NCBI GenBank assembly: GCA_002269645.1
Contig: NIVC01002123.1
Coordinates: 62,001-126,000 of the forward strand
Length of the DNA: 64,000 nt
From: Macrostomum lignano
Lineage: Eukaryota
Direction of reading: 5' to 3'
The position numbers and the translations under genes were made by a program. How positions within the stretch are numbered: position 1 is the stretch's first letter; every line of letters begins with the position of its first letter. Positions 46,985 through 64,000 of the stretch are shown piece after piece. The notes under the pieces were generated by a model. The model saw nothing but the letters and a program-made list of their open reading frames with translations. It did no database searches and had not been told where the DNA came from.

Positions 46985-47895
46985 TGACTCTCGCCCACCC
47001 CAAACGCTCTCTGACTCTCACCCACGAGCCATGGTGACTCTCACCCACCCCCCAAACGCTCTCTGACTCTCCCCACCACAAACGCTCTCTGACTCTCACC
47101 CACTTTAAACACTCTCTGACTCTCCCCCACCCCAAACACTCTCTGACTCTCCCCACCCCAAACACTCTCTGACTCTCCCCACCCCAAACACTCTCTGACT
47201 CTCACCCACCCCAACCACTCTCTGACTCTCCCCCACCCCAAACACTCTCTGACTCTCACCCACCCCAACCACTCTCTGACTCTCCCCCACCCCAAACACT
47301 CTCTGACTCTCACCCACCCCAACCACTCTCTGACTCTCACCCACCCCAAACACTCTCTGACTCTCCCCCACCCCAAACACTCTCTGACTCTCACCCACCC
47401 CAACCACTCTCTGACTCTCCCCCACCCCAAACACTCTCTGACTCTCCCCCACCCCAAACACTCTCTGACTCTCCCCCACCCCAAACACTATCTGACTCTC
47501 ACCCACCCCAACCACTCTCTGACTTTCCCCCATCCCAAACACTCTCTGACTCTCCCCACCCCAAACACTCTCTGACTCTCACCCACCCCAAACACTCTCT
47601 GACTCTCACCCACCCCAACCACTCTCTGACTCTCACCCACCCCAACCACTCTCTGACTCTCACCCACCCCAACCACTCTCTGACTCTCACCCACCCCAAC
47701 CACTCTCTGACTCTCACCCACCCCAAACACTCTCTGACTCTCACCCACCCCAAACACTCTCTGACTCTCCCCCACCCCAAACACTCTCTGACTCTCACCC
47801 ACCCCAACCACTCTCTGACTCTCACCCACCCCAAACACTCTCTGACTCTCACCCACCCCAACCACTCTCTGACTCTCACCCACCCCAGACGCTCT
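46985..47895. repeat. 27-28-nt C-rich minisatellite (CTCTCTGACTCTCACCCACCCCAAACA)
   Basis: Directly visible. Confidence 0.95.
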
Positions 47896-47997
47896 GACTA
47901 TATTGACCCATTGACAAATACTCGTGACGCAGAAAAAATTGCACGATTAGAAAGAAAGAAAGAATGAACTGACAAAAAGGGAATTTCCTGAAAAACA

Positions 47998-50900
47998 TCA
48001 AGCATTCTGATCAACTCTATTAGATCTAGCCAGGGTAGTTACACGTAGCGGAGCCGAAGTCACGAATCTCTGAGAGTTCAATGAGGTCATGGCTGCTGAC
48101 GATTGCGCAGGAGGAGGCGGTCGCTGAGGCGGGAGAAGCGTCGAGCGGACGTAATGAACCCGCGAGCCGCCGCCGCCGCCGCCGCTCTGGCCAGTCAGCA
48201 CCACCCGAGTGCACGGGCCGACCTTCTCGTGCTGAGTGGCCGCTAGCAGCTCGCTGAATGTGGCGGCGCTGACCGCGGCCCGGCTGTCCAGCACGATTCG
48301 CTTGGCTGGCGGAGGCTGCGGCGCCGGCGGATCAGCAGAGGAGGCGGGCGCGGAGGCGCCTGGCGGCGATCGCTTCGGCGAGATTCGCAGCGGCCCGGCA
48401 GCCCGGCGAGACTCCCTGGCAGCGGCGGCGGCCGCGGCGTTCTCGGCCTCGATGGCGTGCCGACAGGGCGCCGGCGGTGGCAGCGTCAGGTTGAGCCGGA
48501 CGGGAATGCGGGGCAGCTTCGGCACCAGCGGGCGAAGGTCGCCGCCGCCGACTGGCCGCTGGTGCTGCTGCTGGGACTGATGATGAAGCTTCAGCTGATC
48601 GATGGAGGCCAATGTGACTGCCGGCGGCCTGGACGGAGCGGACGAGGAACTGGAGATTGGACAGGAGGTCTGCTGCTGCTGCTGCTGCTGCTGGTGATGG
48701 TGGTGATGGTGCTGTTGAGACCGGACAGCTTTGATGATGTCGGCAAGGCCGCTAGGAGACGAGAGCACCTGAGGGGCAGGGCGATTTAATTATAAGCTAT
48801 ATGCATTTTAAATAAGTTACTATGGTAACCAAGCGGCTGCTGAGGCGCAACTTTGGCTACTAGGGTGCCATTTTGGCTACTGGGACGCCATTTTGGTTAC
48901 TAGGGTGCCATTTTGGCTACTGGGACGCCATTTTGGTTACTAGGGGGCCATTTTGGCTACTAGGACGCTATTTTGGTTACTAGGGTGCCATTTTGGCTAC
49001 TAGGACGCCATTTTGGTTACTAGGGTGCCATTTTGGCTACTGGAGCGCCATTTTGGCTACTGGAGCGCTATTTTGGCTACTAGAGCGCCATTTTGGCTAC
49101 TGAGATGCCATTTTGGTTACTAGGGTGCCATTTTGGCTACTGGAGCGCCATTTTGGCTACTGAGATGCCATTTTGGCTACTGGGGCGCCATTTTGGCTAC
49201 TGGAGCGCTATTTTGGCTACTGAGATGCCATTTTGGCTACTGAGATGCCATTTTGGCTACTAGAGCGCCATTTTGGCTACTGAGATGCCATTTTGGTTAC
49301 TAGGGTGCCATTTTGGCTACTAGAGCGCCATTTTGGCTACTGAGATGCCATTTTGGCTACTGGGACGCCATTTTGGTTACTAGGGTGCCATTTTGACTAC
49401 TGGGACACAATTTTGGCTATTGGGATGCCAGGTTTGTCCTGTACAACAGCAGAGATATGTAGATCTGCTACAAAATCAAGCTACTAGAAGCTGCTACCCA
49501 CCACAGCAACTCTCTCCGGACCAAGAGGCGGCTGGTTGTGAGCAGCCAGTCCCTGGTTTGAGTGGTGCAGCGAAACTGGCGTTGCCGTAGCAGCCGTTGT
49601 CGCGACTGGCTTGGGCGGGCTTGACGCCGCCGAGGCCGCCAGCGTGTGCGCCGGCGAAGGATGATGATGAGGCGGCAGCTGAGGCGGCGGCGCGGAGGCC
49701 AGGCTGCCAGCGCCAGACAGCTGAGTGGCGAAGTCCAGCGGGTCTCTGCGGGATGCGGCAGTGGATCTGGGAGATTAGTGAAGCCAGGCTGGGGATCTGG
49801 GAGGTTAGTGGGGATCGGGGAGATTAGTGAAGCCAGTCTGGGGATCTGGGAGATTAGTGAAGCCAGGCTGGGGATCTGGGAGATTAGTGAAGCCAGGCTG
49901 GGGATCTGGGAGGTTAGTGGGGATCGGGGAGATTAGTGAAGCCAGTCTGGGGATCTGGGAGATTAGTGAAGCCAGTCTGGGGATCTGGGAGATTAGTGAA
50001 GCCAGTCTGGGGACCTGGGAGATTAGTGAAGCCAGTCTGGGGATCTGGGAGATTAGTGAAGCCAGTCTGGGGACCTGGGAGATTAGTGAAGCCAGTCTGG
50101 GGATCTGGGAGATTAGTGAAGCCAGTCTGGGGATTTGGGAGATTAGTGAAGTCAGTTTGGGGATCTGGGAGATTAGTGAAGTCAGTTTGGGGATCTGGGA
50201 GATTAGTGAAGTCAGTTTGGGGATCTGGGAGATTAGTGAAGCCAGTCTGGGGATCTGGGAGATTAGTGAAGCCAGTCTGGGGATCTGGGAGATTAGTGAA
50301 GCCAGGCTGGGGATCTGTGAGATTAGTAAAGCCAGTCTGGGGATCTGGGAGATTAGTGAAGCCAGTCTGGGGATCTGGGAGATTAGTGAAGCCAGGCTGG
50401 GGATCTGTGAGATTAGTGAAGCCAGTCTGGGGATCTGTGAGATTAGTGAAGCCAGTCTGGGGATCTGGGAGATTAGTGAAGCCAGTCTGGGGATCTGGGA
50501 GATTAGTGAAGCCAGGCTGGGGATCTGTGAGATTAGTGAAGCCAGTCTGGGGATTTGGGAGATTAGTGAAGTCAGTTTGGGGATCTGGGAGATTAGTGAA
50601 GCCAGTCTGGAGATTTGGGAGATTAGTGAAGCCAGTCTGGAGATTTGGGAGATTAGTGAAGCCAGGCTGGGAATCTGGGAGCACAGTCGGCCTAAAATAA
50701 AGACGCTGAATGTCACAATGCCAACCTGGCCGCCGCAGACTGCAGGCTGCTATCTGAGCAGCAGCCCAGCATCTCGGCCAGGGCAGCGTCCAGTCCGCCC
50801 GACGATCCCGCAGAGCCGGCGGCGCTGGCTGCGGAGGCGGCGGTGGACGACACGACAGCCGCGGCGGAGGTGGCAGCGCCACTGGAGGTCCCGGGCATGA

Positions 50901-53218
50901 GCAGCTTCCTAGGGGAGGCGGAGAACAGATCCTCCAGATCGATGGGACAGTCGGACAGGCAGCTGACGTCCTGAGCGTCGGCTTCAGTGAATCCCGGCGG
51001 CGGGGTTGAGTCGGCGAACAGGTCGGACACGGCCACCACGCTGGAGGACGGAGGCGTTGACAGCGGCTGGTGCTGCTGCTGCTGCTGATGCGGCGGCGGC
51101 GAGTGTGCAGCAGAGGCAGCCGGGTTAGATGGCTCTTTCTGTGGCGAGTACTGAGTCGAGGCGGACACCTTGGCGACGCCGGAGACGGAGCTAACCAGCT
51201 GCAGCACCGTGCCCAGGCTCAGGCGGACCTTGTTGGGTCCCGTGATGGTGCCCTCCACCTGGAGGCGACGGGTAATTATCATAGTGCACCGCGGATACTG
51301 TTCTATCCCATCTCAAACATCTTCCACTATCCAAACTCATCCCACATCTCCCATTATCTCACATCTCCCATTATCCCACATCTCCCATTATCTCACATCT
51401 CCCATTATCCCAACCCATTCCACATCTCCCATTATCTCAACCCATCCCCCATTGTCCCAACCCATCCCACATCTATTATCCCAACCCATCCCACATCTCC
51501 CAATTATCCCATATCTCATATTATTTCAACCCATCCCCCATCTCCCATTATCCCAACCCATTCCACATCTGTCCATTATCCCAATTCCCAGCCCATCTCA
51601 CATTTCCCATTATCCCAGCCCATCTCACATCTCCCATTATCCCAACCCATCTAACCTCAATATACGGCAGCTGGGAGTGGCCGGCGGCAGCGCCATCAAT
51701 GGAAGCTGCGCCAGTTGCAGAGGCCGCTACGGCAGTGTCGGCATCGCTGGCTGCCACCTGCAGCCGGACGGCCTCTTCCAGTTCAGGATGCAGCTGCAGG
51801 CCGCTGCCTCCCCCACCGCCGCCGCCAGGTCGAGCGGGCAGCAGCCGGGCCAGGCCGAAGCCAACAAGAACGCCAGCTACGTCGCCTATGCGACGCGCCT
51901 AAAAAGTAGTAGTAAATAAATAATTAAAGTAATTGCAATTTGCCTACTGATAGTAGAGCAGCTAAAGTATTAGCATTATAACTACGCTCAATAAATAAAT
52001 CTTGAAATCTACCTAATAATAGTAGAACAGTTGAAATATTAGCATTAAACCTACGCTAAATAAATAAACATTGCAATCTGCCTACTAATAGTAGAACAGC
52101 TGAAATATTAGCATTAAACTTACGCAAAATAAATAAAATTTGCATTTTGCCTACTTATAGTAGAACAGCTGAAATATTAGCATTGAACCTACGCTAAATA
52201 AATAAAGTTTGCATTTCGGCTACTGATAAGTAGAACAGCTGAAATGTTAATATTAATTAAAACTACGCTAAATCGATAAAATTTGCACAGGCGCCAGCAT
52301 ACACACGCTCACACAGTGTGTACAGCTGTCCTGAATCGCACCACAGCCTCACAAATGAACGCGGCCACGCACGGAATCGAACCAGGGACCGTAGCGCTGC
52401 TCTGCTCCCCCAGACCCCAAACCCACCTGGCTAGGCTTGGCCAGTCCAGCTCGGACAGCGAAATCGGCCAGCAAGTCTAACGACAGCTGGTCATCAGGCC
52501 GGGCCAGCAGCAGCAGCTTCAGCACCGCCTGGCACAGTCTGTACAGCGCAGTCTCGTGATCGGCGCTGGAGGCCGGGCCAATACACGGCACCAAGTCGTC
52601 CTGGTCGGCCTGGGGACTGAACGTCACGGACGAGGAGCTGATTGGAGAATGAGCCGGCGGTTGCTGCTGCAACTGGCGGAGAGCGGCAGCGTAGCCGTCC
52701 CGGATGGCGCAGTGGCGCAGGGCGCACAGGCAGGCAGTCAGGTAGCGCCTGCCGTACCACAGGTACTGGCCGCAGGAGTCATATTTCCTGGCCACCCCCG
52801 CGCCGGACAGCACGGAGCAGGCGTCGGCCAGCTGGCGACGGCTCAGACGGCGGGACTCGGCCAGTCCGGGCACGGACAGCAGGCGGCTGTCCCGGACACT
52901 GCTCCGGTAGGGCAGCGCGTCGCATAATGCTCTGGTCACCTTCATCAGTGGATTGCTCAACGGAGTCCGTTCGCGACAGACAGTCGGCTGAGTCTGGCCA
53001 ACAACAGCCGCCGTGTTGACTTGGCCGCAAAGCAGGACATCGTTTGAGCCGGATGATGAAGCCGACTGAAGCTGGACAGACTGGGAATGCGGCGGTTGGG
53101 CTGTCTGGTCGCCGCGATGGTGGGCCAGATCGGCGGGGTGCGGGTTGGAGTGCAGCTGCTGGGGCAGGAACCAGTCGAATCCGGGCAGGGAGCAGTCCGA
53201 CACGGCCGGGTAGTCCAT
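47998..53218 (-). CDS. Atypical E2F (E2F7/8-like, two winged-helix DBDs), highly divergent, ~880 aa; exons 53218-52427, 51898-51656, 51297-50726, 49766-49502, 48768-47998
   Basis: DBD1 LSRRQLADACSVLSGAG...YLWYGRRYLTACLCAL aligns with E2F7/8 ERRRIYDIVNVLESL...YxWHGRHSLPKTLxxL. DBD2 LCQAVLKLLL...LSLDLLA...ARRIGDVAGVLVGFGL aligns with MSQKFVMLFL...VTLDVAA...VRRLYDIANVLTSL. Exons join in phase (0,0,2,0). Confidence 0.75.
48850..49430. repeat. 20-nt minisatellite (CCATTTTGGCTACTGGGACG variants) in E2F-like intron 4
   Basis: Directly visible. Confidence 0.93.
49767..50680. repeat. 30-nt minisatellite (GGGATCTGGGAGATTAGTGAAGCCAGTCTG) in E2F-like intron 3
   Basis: About 30 units; the last unit on the minus strand supplies the acceptor. 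Confidence 0.95.
51320..51650. repeat. Degenerate C-rich minisatellite in E2F-like intron 2
   Basis: CCCATCTCCCATTATCCCAA-like units. Confidence 0.8.
51950..52270. repeat. ~62-nt AT-rich tandem repeat (about 5 copies) in E2F-like intron 1
   Basis: TAGTAGAACAGCTGAAATATTAGCATTAAACCTACGCTAAATAAATAAA... recurs. Confidence 0.82.
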
Positions 53219-53514
53219 GGCTGGGCTCCGGGCGAAGCTGCTGGATTAGAGACGTTCAAGTAGGTGGCTGTGGGGTTTGCAGTTAATTGACTGCTACTCA
53301 AGTCTAAGCACTTCAATAGCTGAGTATATCTGTGTCTAGACAAGATTTGCATTTTCATCTCAAATACTGCACTTGTTTACTACAAATTCAAGCATATCCC
53401 ATAGGCATAGAAGTATGAAAGAATTATAGCATATCTATTTTTAAGCACATCACTGTTTTAAGCACGTACTTGTCCAATTCCTATTTTTCTAATTTTCTAA
53501 GAGTTTCCTATTGA

Positions 53515-54715
53515 ATAGTGCTCTCCCTGCCATCACTCCAGCTCTCCCTGCCAACACTCCAGCTCTCCCTGCCATCACTCCAGCTCTTCCTGCCAACACT
53601 CCAGCTCTCCCTGCCAACACTCCAGCTCTTCCAATCACTCCAGCTCTCCCTGCCATCACTCCAGCTCTCCCTGCCATCACTCCAGCTCTCCCTGCCAACA
53701 CTCCAGCTCTCCCTGCCATCACTCCAGCTCTCCCTGCCATCACTCCAGCTCTCCCTGCCATCACTCCAGCTCTCCCTGCCATCACTCCAGCTCTCCCTGC
53801 CAACACTCCAGCTCTTCCTGCTATCACTCCAGCTCTTCCTGCTATCACTCCAGCTCTCCCTGCCATCACTCCAGCTCTCCCTGCCATCACTCCAGCTCTC
53901 CCTGCCATCACTCCAGCTCTCCCTGCCAACATTCCAGCTCTCCCTGCCATCACTCCAGCTCTCCCTGCCAACACTCCAGCTCTCCCTGCCAACACTCCAG
54001 CTCTCCCTGCCATCACTCCAGCTCTCCCTGCCATCACTCCAGCTCTCCCTGCCAACATTCCAGCTCTCCCTGCTATCACTCCAGCTCTCCCTGCCATCAT
54101 TCCAGCTCTCCCTGCTATCATTCCAGCTCTCCCTGCTATCACTCCAGCTCTCCCTGCCATCACTCCAGCTCTCCCTGCCATCACTCCAGCTCTCCCTGCC
54201 AACATTCCAGCTCTCCCTGCTATCACTCCAGCTCTCCCTGCCATCATTCCAGCTCTCCCTGCTATCATTCCAGCTCTCCCTGCTATCATTCCAGCTCTCC
54301 CTGCTATCACTCCAGCTCTCCCTGCTATCACTCCAGCTCTCCCTGCTATCATTCCAGCTCTCCCTGCTATCATTCCAGCTCTCCCTGCTATCACTCCAGC
54401 TCTCCCTGCCATCATTCCAGCTCTCCCTGCTATCACTCCAGCTCTCCCTGCCATCATTCCAGCTCTCCCTGCTATGATTCCAGCTCTCCCTGCCATCACT
54501 CCAGCTCTCCCTGCCATCACTCCAGCTCTCCCTGCCATCACTCCAGCTCTCCCTGCCATCACTCCAGCTCTCCCTGCCATCACTCCAGCTCTCCCTGTCA
54601 TCACTCCAGCTCTCCCTGACATCACTCCAGCTCTCCCTGCTATCATTCCAGCTCTCCCTGCCATCACTCCAGCTCTCCCTGCTATCATTCCAGCTCTCCC
54701 TGCCATCACTCCAGT
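53515..54715. repeat. 21-nt minisatellite (CTCTCCCTGCCATCACTCCAG), ~57 copies
   Basis: Directly visible; explains four ~320-440-aa repeat ORFs. Confidence 0.96.
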
Positions 54716-55201
54716 TCAATTTTGCATATAGGCCATGCACTGCTTCTTCCAGGTTGACTGCTGGACACACATGTAAGTCGCTATTGGACAGAATAGTTGT
54801 CACGTGACTGATCTCAGCCAATAGCGACTGACATGTGTGTTGCCAATAGAAACGGCCGGGTGATTCCTAGGGTTGCGCCCAAGCATGTAGGTGACACTCA
54901 CTTTCCTGCTGCCTTTTGACTACTAGCAGCTAAGTCAAGTGAGTCAAGCCTCTAATCAATACTTTCTATCTCTCAAACTATACCTCCCTAGTCTACTTTC
55001 TTTTGTGGTCTATGCTTTCTTCCTTGGTCTATGCTTTTCTATTGACATATTTACAATGCAGATAGGATCTTAATAACCTTGGCTTACATAAACCCCCTGA
55101 TTTACACTGACCATGCAACTTACTTTTTGACCAAAAATGCAACTTACCAGTGAAAAAATGCTAAACAATTAATGCAATTTTGGGTAAACTGCAGGAGTAA
55201 C

Positions 55202-55449
55202 TGTTGTGTATTGCAAAGGCATGCAATGCATAGGGATAGTTCGGGGACAGCGTTTCTAGAAACTTCCACCGCGGACTTGTTTATGCATGGTTCCAGAAGT
55301 TTCCTTTCCCGGTCTTTCTAGAACTTTCCTTCCCCACATGCATAAATATACGAGCTGCCCTCCTATTGGCCAAGCCTTCTTTTGGTGCCACTGAGTGCCC
55401 GGATAATTATCTATCTTGTTTCTGCGTTCGTTAATTCAACAACAGAACA
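55202..55449. mobile_element. Small solo LTR (248 bp), BEL/Pao- or Gypsy-type
   Basis: TGTTGTG...CAGAACA termini (6/7 inverted match), 5-bp TSD GTAAC (55197-55201 / 55450-55454), internal CATAAATA TATA-like box and LTR-typical TTCTAGAA repeats. Confidence 0.72.
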
Positions 55450-58400
55450 GTAACTATGGCTGTATTATTAAGGCTAAATGCCTCGTCATCAAATTAGTAC
55501 TACATTTGTATTACCTTAGGTAGGCATTTTTGCAACTTAGACCTGGTTTACCACAATTTATGGTGGCCAGATTGGCCAGGTTGGCCAGTGGTTGCACATG
55601 CATGTTGGCTTATTGCTTATAGGTCAAAAAGTATATACATATACTATATGATATACTATTAACAAAATTTCTATTCTTTTGCTTAGTCTCTTAGACTTAG
55701 CGTTTATAGTCCAAATCATAGCAAGCACATGCTAGAATAGAAATTCTCATTTTTAAATTCTATACCAATGTAAAGTTAAAAAAGTATGCCAAGAATAAAG
55801 TTGCTTATATAGCAAATATTTTTTAATATAATCTTTGATTTAAAAATTAAATGCTATTTCATTGGCATTAGTTTCCATTTTTAAAAAGCTTTTAAGAGAG
55901 GTTGTTCATTTAGAATCCTTGCCAATATCTAAGCAACCAGTTTGCTTTTTCTTGCTAAATTTTGTTTGAACACACTGCCCTACTTTACCATTCCAATATA
56001 TTTAAACTATAATTGCTAATAAGACTAAATAAGCAAGCTTTTGCTAAGCACCTTACTTATTTGCCAAGAACTAAGAGCAGATGATAATTGGCCAAGTGAA
56101 AGCCAAACAAGCAGACAAATAGTCTAAAAGCCAATAGCAGAAAAGCAGAAAAAAAGGCATTATTTGCAAAGACAAAAAAAGAGATATATCCCAATATTTT
56201 AAAACTTAACCCACCAATAGAAAGTCATGAATAGACAAAGGCCAATTCAGACAATAAAAGAGAAATTCACTAGGCAACCTCAGTCCATTGGGAATGCCAC
56301 TGAGGGACTTAATCATGGCTATGGGACTTAGCTACATGTTTTAGTATAGAGATTAGCTAAATCAGTGTTTTAACACTCAGGTATTATATGCTAATAGGAC
56401 AATCTATATTTATATGAATCTAGAATAATTAAGTTAGGATAAGAAAAGAAACCCTAGGAAAATTAAATATCTATAATAAGACATCAAAATAAAAGAATTA
56501 GAACTATATATCAACTTAGTATTAATAATCAAAATAAAAAATACAAGGGGGCCTAAAGTAAAATTTTCCTGCAATAACTTGATGGTATCTATAGGATATT
56601 TGAAGTAAATAACCTAAAGTTCCCCTTAGACACTTTCATTGATCAAAATTTAGCTAGCCTATATATATATATATATAGGAATACTTATAGGCACAGTGGC
56701 AGTGTCTATAAGTATAGAGCTTATAGGCACAGCCATGGTTGCCGTGTCTTTAAGTGTGGCGTATAATATATTTGCCATTCTAAGCATATTTAACAACAGT
56801 AAAACTAAATTTTGAAATATAGCCACAATTAAATATGCACTTATATCTATAAGTATTCAAACTTACAAACTATTAGGCCCTACAAATTTTATATTATAAG
56901 AAGTTTGCCACATTTTTGTTCATGTATGTTTTCAGTTCAAGGTATGACAATAGGTATTGTGTTTTTATTGTTTATGTATTTAGCCTAAATATTAAGAACT
57001 AAGAAGCTTATTGGACCATATTTAGTTTAGTTGTTGTCTTGTTAGGTAAGGAATATTACTACAAATGTCATTGGCTTTAATAAGGCTAGTGGGGAAGGGC
57101 TTGCTGCCCCCACACCCCATGGCTTCAGTAAGGCTATATAATGTTTAACTTATGACAAAGTGCAGCCAATATGTATCAAAAAAATCTTTTGAGATTTCTT
57201 TTTCAGTAGTTACATATATAATTGTGGCCACAGTTTCAGATTTAATGTTACTCTTAAAATTTTATTTAGATCCTATTCAGTTTAAAAATTTTCAAATTAT
57301 AAAAAGCTCCAACCACTTGGGATTCAAACCTTTTCACGCAATCACAAGGCAATTAACTTATCCACTAAGCTACCATTTGCTTATGAGAGCCCTACAGAAC
57401 ACAATTTTATATTGATGATTATATACATGGTGGCCAGCCACATCTAAAAGCTCCAATATTATAGACACAGCCACCCACCATGTCTCTAAGTATAAACCCA
57501 TTCAATATTATTATATTAATGACATGGCCACCCACTGTGTCTCAGAGTATGAACCTATTCAATATTAATGACATGGCTACTATGCAAGTTTCATTGATAT
57601 AGCAGCAATAATTATAATGCAGAAACAAATTCTGCAGGTGGCCATGTCTATAAGTATAGACCTAGTCACTATTAAAGACATGGCTGCCGTGTCTCTAAGT
57701 GTGGCATATAATATATTTGCCAAACCTAAACTTGGCTATTTTTGTATATTAAATAATTAATATAGATAGACCAATGTTATATATAAAAGTTCTATATACC
57801 AGAATATATAAAACTATATCAAAATTGAATAGTAATACATTTATAATTATACTTTGTGGCTAGGTCTAGTCAGTACATTTTTTAAATTATATATATATAT
57901 ATATAATTTTAATGAAAATCTGGCAATCATGCTATTCTAAGCATATGTCTAACAAGCTAATTGCAATTGACAGGCCTTATCCTATGGAACTATGGCTATG
58001 CCTATGCCTTATTGACTAGTTATATTTAATTTGGTGGCAAGAAATACATAGAACATAGGTGGCAAGGAATTGTTGAGATGTCGACCAAGACCAGACCAGG
58101 GGAATTGCTTGGGTGTCAAGGCGAATAGGATTCACATAAATATTTTTGTCCCTTGCTTGTTGGGCGCCCAAAAGGGGGGCACTAGATTGCTAGTTGGGCC
58201 TGATTAGGTATTCACTGTATTGGGTATTCGCTCCTGCTCATAGGAATAATACGAATAGAATCGGATTTTTTGGTTTCTTGCAATTGTTAATTCCTAGAAA
58301 TGTTCCCCGATATTCGGTTTAAAAATGCGGCTAAGATTAACAAGGTGAACTAGTAAACCACACGTAAAATATTTTTACCTTGCTGAGCAGTAATTTTTTA

Positions 58401-58573
58401 AAATAAAAAACTAAGATATGGTTTCTTGGCGAAATTTTTTTTCGTTACTTAGGAACTTACAGTTGCTATGATAAAATTAAATTTATTTGGATTCTTTACT
58501 TCACAACATTTTTGTTTGCAGTCTTCACTTTTACTCTACCTATTTCTGAATCATAAAAGTGTATAAAGAAGAC

Positions 58574-64000
<5,427 letters not shown>

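Noticed and set aside
52355-52400. tRNA-like 3' half on the minus strand (GGTCCCTGGTTCGATTCC)
   Set aside because: No D or anticodon arms; lies just inside E2F-like intron 1.
56690-57725. Degenerate direct repeats (GACATGGCTGCCGTGTC...) suggesting a Helitron or CACTA remnant
   Set aside because: No termini, TSD or coding remnant could be defined.

Overview
Eukaryotic (animal) genomic DNA with spliced genes and no prokaryotic features. GC-rich, poly-Q/poly-A-rich exons, minisatellite-filled introns and divergent genes suggest a Macrostomum-like flatworm; this is an inference, not verified. Host genes reconstructed by hand from GT-AG phases: a 5'-incomplete IAP-like gene (degenerate BIR, UBA-like, RING; + 4293-7556), PQLC1/SLC66A2 (+ 32168-33497), a PTP-fold protein starting MGNCAS with altered catalytic loops (+ 38139-42916), an atypical E2F7/8-like gene with both RRxYD motifs altered (- 53218-47998) and EFHC1 (+ 58574 to window end). 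The 7.6-31 kb interval is a nest of mobile elements: two ~2-kb solo LTRs, two 9-bp-TSD long-TIR (Mutator-like) elements and a mariner-derived MITE. A young, intact 9.1-kb Ty3/Gypsy element sits inside the left TIR of one Mutator-like element. Top candidate for novelty: the Gypsy polyprotein carries a cold-shock (CSD/OB-fold) RNA-binding domain between the Gag CCHC knuckle and the protease. Other notable signals are a CpA->TpA (RIP-like) bias between the mariner MITE arms, intronic arrays built from tandem splice-site copies, and a different private minisatellite in most long introns. All alignments and counts were done by eye.
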